Source: a virus (taxonomy: Duplodnaviria; Heunggongvirae; Uroviricota; Caudoviricetes). From it: a DNA stretch of 21,125 nucleotides. A program made the position numbers and the translations under genes. Below, in pieces: positions 15,657 through 21,125 of the stretch. How positions within the stretch are numbered: the stretch's first letter is position 1; the number at the start of each line of letters is the position of its first letter. The DNA lies in IMG/VR virus record IMGVR_UViG_2526164601_000021, positions 1-21,125 of that record. The stretch is one strand, 5' to 3'. The notes below the pieces were generated by a model. The model made no database searches and had not been told where the DNA came from. It saw nothing but the letters and a program-made list of their open reading frames with translations.

Positions 15657-16345
15657 CCCAGGCTCTGCATGAAGTGAATTTATATAGCCGTATTGATGGT
15701 TCTGGCTATAGAAACATATGGGTTGTTGGTGATCTGCATGGTTGCTACACCAGACTGATGTCCGAACTCCATCGTGTGGATTTTGACCCGGCGCAGGATT
15801 TACTGATATCGGTTGGCGACCTTATCGATCGCGGTACTGAAAATGTCGAATGTCTGGAACTATTGCAGATGCCCTGGTTCAGGGCAGTAATGGGGAACCA
15901 TGAGCGGTTGATGCTTGATGCGTTAAGTCCTGATGGCAACGTGAATAACTGGCTAATGAATGGCGGACAATGGTTCTTCATGCTGGACACTGATCAGGAA
16001 ATATTAGCCAAGGCGCTGGTGGAGCTGGTAAAGCGTCTGCCATATATCATTGAGTTGAACGCCGGGCATGAAACTATCGTTATAGCCCATGCCGACTATC
16101 CAGGTGGAGAGTACCAGTTCGGTAAGGATGTGTCGCTTTTTGATGTTGTCTGGTCGCGCAGTCGCGTCGGTGATTCGATAGATGGCATTGGTGGAGAAAT
16201 CACAGGCGCAGATCGCTTTATCTTTGGGCACACACCGGTACGAAGACCAAAAGCATACTGGAATCAGCACTACATAGACACGGGCGCGGTTTTTTGCGGA
16301 AATCTGACGCTAATGCAGGTGAAGGGAGGGCAGCTTAAAGTCTGA
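15653..16345 (+). CDS. Ser/Thr protein phosphatase, lambda phosphatase type (calcineurin-like metallophosphoesterase)
   Basis: 230 aa; GDLHGC, GDLIDRG and GNHE motifs, and close resemblance along its length to bacteriophage lambda phosphatase as recalled. Confidence 0.9.
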   Translation: MTQALHEVNLYSRIDGSGYRNIWVVGDLHGCYTRLMSELHRVDFDPAQDLLISVGDLIDRGTENVECLELLQMPWFRAVMGNHERLMLDALSPDGNVNNWLMNGGQWFFMLDTDQEILAKALVELVKRLPYIIELNAGHETIVIAHADYPGGEYQFGKDVSLFDVVWSRSRVGDSIDGIGGEITGADRFIFGHTPVRRPKAYWNQHYIDTGAVFCGNLTLMQVKGGQLKV

Positions 16346-16372
16346 TCAAATCATTTACGCACTCAAAATCAC

Positions 16373-16400
16373 GTTAGAACATTGATTTTAGTTTTCTAAC
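16373..16400. promoter_or_regulatory. Inverted repeat GTTAGAA-N14-TTCTAAC upstream of the DUF968 gene; second copy of the candidate operator
   Basis: 7 bp perfect inverted repeat sharing the ATTGATTTT spacer core with the 11811..11838 site; about 44 nt upstream of the ATG at 16444. Confidence 0.4.
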
Positions 16401-16443
16401 ATATTATTTTACCGATCGGAACAAAACAGAGTCGGTATGCATT

Positions 16444-17439
16444 ATGAGTGCAATAATCACCCCATATGTCGTAAATGAAACTGGTGTGGCTGTCTTTCCT
16501 GTAGATAAGCCCACCAGCAATTACATCGGCGCAGGACGCCGTTTTCTTATATCCCCATTGCCGCGTGAACAGGCTGAAAACACCCCTGATGGTGTCGTTG
16601 ACCTGAATTATTCACTGGTTGCCAACCAGTCACTGGCACCCTTTTTTCAAAGTGAGCGTGTATTTAACGCGTTAGGTGGTGAGGATTCTCTCGTTCACTG
16701 GGTTAGCACCAACATTCACGATTGCCAGGCGCATGATAAGCGCGATTGCAGCCACCAGCTAACCACCCATTTCTATAACGGTTCTGCCGTTCGCCTGTGC
16801 TGGAAGCATGATGCGGAATACATGATGAAGGGATACGGCAAGCTGGAAGACCAACTGTCACGGAATCGCGCCAACTGGATTATGAACTGGGCTGCCAGCG
16901 AGTTAAAACTTCCGCCGGATCGCGATCTGAGCATGGTTGAACTCACCTTTTGGGCCATTCGCCGGAATCTTAAAGACGAACTGCCTGATGAAGCTGGTCG
17001 CATTGCATTTTGTCAGCCAAAAACTGAAATCCCTACCGGTACGCTGAAAGAATCAGATATCACCTGGGAGCACAGTACCCGCGAGCTGGTGGACATAACC
17101 GCAGAGCAGATCGTCAACCTGTCTGTAGATGAGGATTCCGGCCTGCTTTATATGCGCCGACCAAAAGCGGTCCTCGGTAAAAGCCCGGCTTATCTCCGGT
17201 TTGTGGTTTCTCGTCCGTGCATCGGATGCGGTGGCAAAGTTAACCACCCGTTCATGTACCGCGCCCGCTCGTTAAACGAACACGACCGCTGGGCTGTTCC
17301 TCTTTGCGATGACTGCGCCAGAAGCGCAGAAAACGATGTTCGGGCATGGGAAAAAGCACATGGCATACGCCTTTACGTAGCCGCTAACCAGCTTTTTGAC
17401 TTCGCCATCGAGCGCGGAGTGATCACGTTCAATAACTGA
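16444..17439 (+). CDS. DUF968 family phage protein (YdfU-like) with Cys/His-rich HNH-like motifs
   Basis: 331 aa; general resemblance to YdfU-type prophage proteins; C-terminal CIGCGG..HP....EHDRWAVPLCDDCA cluster. Confidence 0.6.
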   Translation: MSAIITPYVVNETGVAVFPVDKPTSNYIGAGRRFLISPLPREQAENTPDGVVDLNYSLVANQSLAPFFQSERVFNALGGEDSLVHWVSTNIHDCQAHDKRDCSHQLTTHFYNGSAVRLCWKHDAEYMMKGYGKLEDQLSRNRANWIMNWAASELKLPPDRDLSMVELTFWAIRRNLKDELPDEAGRIAFCQPKTEIPTGTLKESDITWEHSTRELVDITAEQIVNLSVDEDSGLLYMRRPKAVLGKSPAYLRFVVSRPCIGCGGKVNHPFMYRARSLNEHDRWAVPLCDDCARSAENDVRAWEKAHGIRLYVAANQLFDFAIERGVITFNN

Positions 17440-17455
17440 TGAGGTGGATCAAAAA

Positions 17456-18136
17456 ATGAAAGAACGCGGGATGATTTTTAACGATGAGATGGTCAGGGCC
17501 ATCCTCGAAGGAAGGAAGACGCAGACTCGCCGACCTGTAAAAAATGTCAGGGCCGATAACTGCCTAGTTATCCGTAAACCGACAAAGAAACGCAATGGTG
17601 TCTATACCCACGTTATGGATGCACCTGAACATGGTTTATGCCCGTTCGGTAACGTTGGTGATCGCATATGGGTCCGTGAGGCGTGGGCGATATTAGGCAA
17701 TGAGGATGGTTGCAGTGTGGACTGGAACGACAACCTTTGTCGTGGCGATGAGAAGAACGCAGCAAGGATTTATCGGGCCAGTTGTGAGCAAAAGCCTGGT
17801 GATTACGGTTTGTGGTCGATACCCGATGATGTCGACTGGAAACCTCACACTGTGAATGAAAAGTTTGATGGCGGGTGGCGTCCATCAATTCACATGCCGC
17901 GCTGGGCTTCGCGTATTTTGCTGGAAATTACCGACGTGCGTGTGGAACGGCTGCGTGATATGAGCGAGGCAGATGCTAAAGCAGAAGGCGCATCTCCGGC
18001 GATGTACAAAATTACGCCGCCGGAAGCTGTTTATCGCGTTGGTTTTGGTGATATCTGGCGCAGTATTTACGGGCAGGATAACTGGCTATCTAACCCGTGG
18101 GTATGGGTAATCGAGTTTAAGCGCGTTCAGGAATAA
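17456..18136 (+). CDS. ASCH-like domain protein (PUA-fold)
   Basis: Track ORF 17444..18136 (GTG); likely ATG at 17456; N-terminal MIFNDEMVRAILEGRKTQTRR matches the ASCH signature as in E. coli YqfB. Confidence 0.5.
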   Translation: MKERGMIFNDEMVRAILEGRKTQTRRPVKNVRADNCLVIRKPTKKRNGVYTHVMDAPEHGLCPFGNVGDRIWVREAWAILGNEDGCSVDWNDNLCRGDEKNAARIYRASCEQKPGDYGLWSIPDDVDWKPHTVNEKFDGGWRPSIHMPRWASRILLEITDVRVERLRDMSEADAKAEGASPAMYKITPPEAVYRVGFGDIWRSIYGQDNWLSNPWVWVIEFKRVQE

Positions 18137-18139
18137 ACC

Positions 18140-19018
18140 GTGAGTATGCATCAAGTTGTCAGCTTTTCAGGTGGACGAACATCGGCTTATCTCGTTCATC
18201 TGATGGAAGCACAGCGAAAAGCTGGCGCTAGCGTCCATTTCATTTTTATGGATACCGGCTGTGAACATCCTCTGACGTATCGCTTTATTCGTGAGGTTGT
18301 GAAGTTCTGGAACGTACCGCTAACGGTGTTGCAGGTCGATATAAATCCAGAACTTGGGCAGCCAAATGGTTATACGGAATGGGAACCAAAGGATATTCAG
18401 ACGCGAATGCCGGTGCTTAAACCGTTTATGGACATGGTTAAAAAGTACGGTACGCCTTACATCGGCGGCGCGTTCTGTACTGACAGGCTAAAACTCACCC
18501 CTTTCACGAAATATTGCGATGACCATTTTGGGCGAGGGAATTACATCACATGGCTGGGTATTCGTGCGGACGAACACCGTAGGCTGAAACCGAAACCGGG
18601 CGTCCGGTATCTTGCAGAACTGTCAGATTTTGATAAGTCGGATGTTATTCGGTGGTGGCGAAAACAACCTTTTGATTTGCAAATCCCGGAGCACCTCGGG
18701 AACTGTGTTTTTTGCATCAAAAAGTCAACGCAAAAGCTGGGGCTTGCATGTAAAGACGAACCTGGTCTGATGCGGGTTTTTAATGAACTGGTTACAGGCA
18801 AACACGTCAGGGATGGTCATCGCAGAACAGGTAAAGACGTTATGTACCGTGGTCACCTGACGCTTGACGGGATTGCCAGAATGTATGCCGACAGCGACTA
18901 CAGAAATTTGTATCAGGCGATGGTGCAGGCCAAGCGGTTTGATACTGGTTCGTGTTCCGAATCATGTGAAATCTGGGGTGACCAATTGGAGTTGAAATTC
19001 GAAGAGGTAGTGGTATGA
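18140..19018 (+). CDS. PAPS reductase-like / PP-loop ATP pyrophosphatase family protein
   Basis: 292 aa; N-terminal SFSGGRTSAYL PP-loop motif and overall resemblance to phage PAPS-reductase-family proteins. Confidence 0.65.
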   Translation: MSMHQVVSFSGGRTSAYLVHLMEAQRKAGASVHFIFMDTGCEHPLTYRFIREVVKFWNVPLTVLQVDINPELGQPNGYTEWEPKDIQTRMPVLKPFMDMVKKYGTPYIGGAFCTDRLKLTPFTKYCDDHFGRGNYITWLGIRADEHRRLKPKPGVRYLAELSDFDKSDVIRWWRKQPFDLQIPEHLGNCVFCIKKSTQKLGLACKDEPGLMRVFNELVTGKHVRDGHRRTGKDVMYRGHLTLDGIARMYADSDYRNLYQAMVQAKRFDTGSCSESCEIWGDQLELKFEEVVV

Positions 19019-19581
19019 CAAACAAAATTGACTATCAAAAACTTCGTGAAATCGCTGAAAAAACAAAAATTGCTGGTGAAGCACCTGTAATGCCTTTCGA
19101 TCAGCGAATTAATGCGCTTAACGATTTTATGAAGCACTTTTCGCCAGATATCGCGCTGGCATTGTTGGATGAACGGGAAAGAAACCAGCAATACATCAAA
19201 CGCCGCGACCAGGAGAACGAGGAAATTGCGCTAACGGTAGGGAAGCTGCGTGTTGAGCTGGAAGCCGCAGAGAAGCGCATTGCAGAACTGGAAGCACGGG
19301 AAATAAAACCAGCCAAAGGCGAAGTTCTTGTCGTTGTTTCTGGTTTTACTGGTTGCGGAAAAAGCGCCATCGCCGGGGAAATAGAAATTGCGATGAAAGC
19401 TATTGGTGTGCCGGTTCAATGGACTAATGGCGATGCAGAAAAGCATATGACCGGCGCTGACTGGCTGACAGCGATTGAGATGTACAAACCAACTGTGCGC
19501 ATCGTGGAAGTTAATGTGCCACGCGTCGCTGGCATTTGCATCAAAGGAGACGCAGGAGAGCAAAACGATGAAAAACCGTAA
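19015..19581 (+). CDS. Ea22-like coiled-coil protein
   Basis: 188 aa; ATGA overlap with the previous stop; central repeats LRVELEAAEKRIAELEARE; similar to lambdoid Ea22 family as recalled. Confidence 0.5.
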   Translation: MTNKIDYQKLREIAEKTKIAGEAPVMPFDQRINALNDFMKHFSPDIALALLDERERNQQYIKRRDQENEEIALTVGKLRVELEAAEKRIAELEAREIKPAKGEVLVVVSGFTGCGKSAIAGEIEIAMKAIGVPVQWTNGDAEKHMTGADWLTAIEMYKPTVRIVEVNVPRVAGICIKGDAGEQNDEKP

Positions 19582-19756
19582 AGCAAAGATTCTGTTAGTT
19601 CGTAGAAACGCCCCTAGCGTCTGGCAGTGGGTGAGACTCAGCAACCGACGGATGGGGTTGATGAAATATTACGGGATGATGGATTGTGGTTTTTGCAAAA
19701 AGCCCAGCGCGGCGCAAAACCGCTGGAAAAACCACTTGCGCACTAAAGGAGAGTGA
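19568..19756 (+). CDS. Small basic protein (about 62 aa)
   Basis: Internal ATG of track ORF 19475..19756 with AGGAGA RBS; MKNRKAKILLVRRNAPSVWQWVRLSNRRMGLMKYYGMMDCGFCKK.. Confidence 0.4.
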   Translation: MKNRKAKILLVRRNAPSVWQWVRLSNRRMGLMKYYGMMDCGFCKKPSAAQNRWKNHLRTKGE

Positions 19757-19757
19757 T

Positions 19758-19976
19758 ATGCCTACATTATTCAGAAAAGAATATCCGCGAAAGAGTAGAA
19801 CAACAGAATTTCTGTTTCTCGTTCTGTTTATCGTGTTGATGACACCGATATCCCCGCTAATTTTTGTCTGGGCAATCGGGAAAATAATTGAGCCAGTTAT
19901 TGAATTGTATAACGACGTTGTATGGGCGCTGTTCAACACACTGCACAACAAAATCAACCCATATAAGGAAAGCTGA
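19758..19976 (+). CDS. Small membrane protein (about 72 aa, one TM helix)
   Basis: Internal ATG of track ORF 19686..19976 with strong RBS AAAGGAGAG; hydrophobic FLFLVLFIVLMTPISPLIFVWAIG. Confidence 0.45.
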   Translation: MPTLFRKEYPRKSRTTEFLFLVLFIVLMTPISPLIFVWAIGKIIEPVIELYNDVVWALFNTLHNKINPYKES

Positions 19977-19977
19977 T

Positions 19978-20400
19978 ATGACCACTATTACCAGAGAAAA
20001 CGCGGAGATTAAATCATTCATCACTGGTTTCCTGAGCGATCCGGCGCACGATAACCAATCTTCAAACAGCCTGCTTGCTAATGTGTTTCGTATCGCGCTG
20101 GCATCGCTGGAAGCAGAACCGGTGGCATGGACTGATGAAGAGGAACTGCGTGATGTCAAGCAGTATGGTCTCGGTGAGATATTTCAGTACCCGCCAGATA
20201 AATACGCAGACTCGCGTCGTGTAATTCCGCTGTATCGTGTGCCGCCAGCTTCCATAGTGCAGGCACAAGGTATCGAAATCGCAATAAACGAACTGGTTGC
20301 TCTGTCCCCGCGGCTGGATAAACGAGCGGCGGAAACTCTTTCTATGGCTGTGGCACAGCTACGCAAACTGGTTAAGAAGCAGTTGCAGGCTAAGGAATGA
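19978..20400 (+). CDS. Hypothetical protein (about 141 aa) sharing an N-terminal IALASLEAEP domain with the next gene
   Basis: Internal ATG of track ORF 19888..20400 with AAGGAAAG RBS. Confidence 0.45.
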   Translation: MTTITRENAEIKSFITGFLSDPAHDNQSSNSLLANVFRIALASLEAEPVAWTDEEELRDVKQYGLGEIFQYPPDKYADSRRVIPLYRVPPASIVQAQGIEIAINELVALSPRLDKRAAETLSMAVAQLRKLVKKQLQAKE

Positions 20401-20403
20401 CAC

Positions 20404-21125
20404 ATGAACGCTATCACCAAAGAACGTATCGAATTATTCATTAAAAATCCGCTTGAAAACGGACTTACCCGTGGCGAACAAATGGAACTGGCACGAATTG
20501 CACTGGCATCGCTGGAAGCAGAGCCGATAGGTTTCCGTTGCAGGCGCAATGATAACCTTGGTGACTGGAGTTACGTATATCATCGAGAGCCAGATGATTT
20601 TGAGCGCAAACATTTAGTGATAGAGGGCATTTACGCCGCTCCACCTGTGCCGGTAATGCAGGCTGATGTCGCGCAAGCAATTGAAAATCTCAAGCAGAAG
20701 TTAGTGGAATGCAATCGCTATAACTACTGCGCAGATGCAGTTAAAAGTGTTGAGGATGCCTGCCGCGCAGCCATGCTTCATGGTGCCGAACCTGTAAGCC
20801 AAACTTACAAGTCACAACACACGCAGTTTGAACAAGTTGCTGACCTCTACGAAATGCAATTTGATGACGGTCGCACTTGTGCCTTTCACACTGATGCGCA
20901 AAAGGCTGCGCAATGGCTTCAGGCATGCGACGGAAACAGGGTTCAGGAATACGTGAAGCTGGAGCGATTGCGTAATGCGCTATCGGGCAATTCTCCGGTA
21001 ACTCCGGATGGTTGGATAAGCTGTAGTGAGCGGATGCCTGAAAAGAACCAGAACGTGCTTATTTCGGTGAATTTCGATAGCTCTCTGGTTGAACCGCTAA
21101 TATGCTCCGCACGCTATACCGGAAG
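20404..21125 (+). CDS. DUF551-like protein, N-terminal portion (runs off the window end)
   Basis: Manual translation from the ATG near 20404: MNAITKERIELFIKNPLENGLTRGEQMELARIALASLEAEP.. then DGWISCSERMPEKNQNVLISV (DUF551 hallmark). Not in the ORF track because no stop lies within the window. Confidence 0.5.
   Translation, partial: MNAITKERIELFIKNPLENGLTRGEQMELARIALASLEAEPIGFRCRRNDNLGDWSYVYHREPDDFERKHLVIEGIYAAPPVPVMQADVAQAIENLKQKLVECNRYNYCADAVKSVEDACRAAMLHGAEPVSQTYKSQHTQFEQVADLYEMQFDDGRTCAFHTDAQKAAQWLQACDGNRVQEYVKLERLRNALSGNSPVTPDGWISCSERMPEKNQNVLISVNFDSSLVEPLICSARYTG

Larger units (their letters stand above)
1..21125. mobile_element. Prophage-derived region (early and accessory genes of a mosaic temperate phage); boundaries lie outside the window
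   Basis: Gene content typical of temperate phages (Rha regulator, Icd-like, Ref-like HNH, Ea22-like, lambda-type phosphatase, DUF968, DUF551, PAPS-reductase-like), long co-directional coupled operon, TA and membrane-protein cargo. No integrase or att site seen. Confidence 0.6.

Noticed and set aside
18541-19370. Minus-strand track ORFs 18541..18801, 18840..19025, 18913..19191, 19101..19370
   Set aside because: Antisense to the PAPS-reductase-like and Ea22-like genes, which have recognisable motifs and coupled starts.
1-21125. CRISPR array, rRNA or tRNA genes, IS elements or integrase
   Set aside because: No regularly spaced direct repeats, no complete tRNA cloverleaf, no transposase- or integrase-like ORF and no terminal inverted repeats were seen by eye; a computational scan would be needed to exclude them fully.

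Overview
This 21.1 kb window looks like the early/accessory part of a mosaic temperate-phage (prophage) region from an enterobacterium; no integrase, structural, lysis, rRNA, tRNA, CRISPR or IS genes were seen. Left third (1-8800): leftward operons of unrecognised proteins interleaved with cargo, namely a higBA toxin-antitoxin pair with its own promoter/operator and terminator, an orphan HTH gene, and AT-rich genes for membrane and secreted proteins. Middle (8870-11760): leftward genes including a Rha-family regulator translationally coupled to an Icd-like ORF behind a repeat-rich structured leader, and a Ref-like HNH nuclease. Right half (11880 to window end): one long rightward, tightly coupled operon (many ATGA/GTGA stop-start overlaps) encoding DUF4406, a small HTH protein, a diverged tandem duplication, Ea22-like coiled-coil proteins, a lambda-type Ser/Thr phosphatase, DUF968, an ASCH-like protein, a PAPS-reductase-like PP-loop protein and DUF551-like proteins. 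The most interesting candidates for an undescribed system are the unrecognised leftward operons (1-2518, 4673-6187, 6516-7170), the higBA-adjacent HTH plus membrane/coiled-coil gene, and the DUF968/ASCH/PAPS-reductase trio; none could be assigned a function from sequence alone. All family assignments are from motif recall without database searches. Coordinates taken from the ORF track are exact; coordinates I derived by hand may be off by 1-2 nt, and several apparent frame interruptions sit at homopolymer runs.
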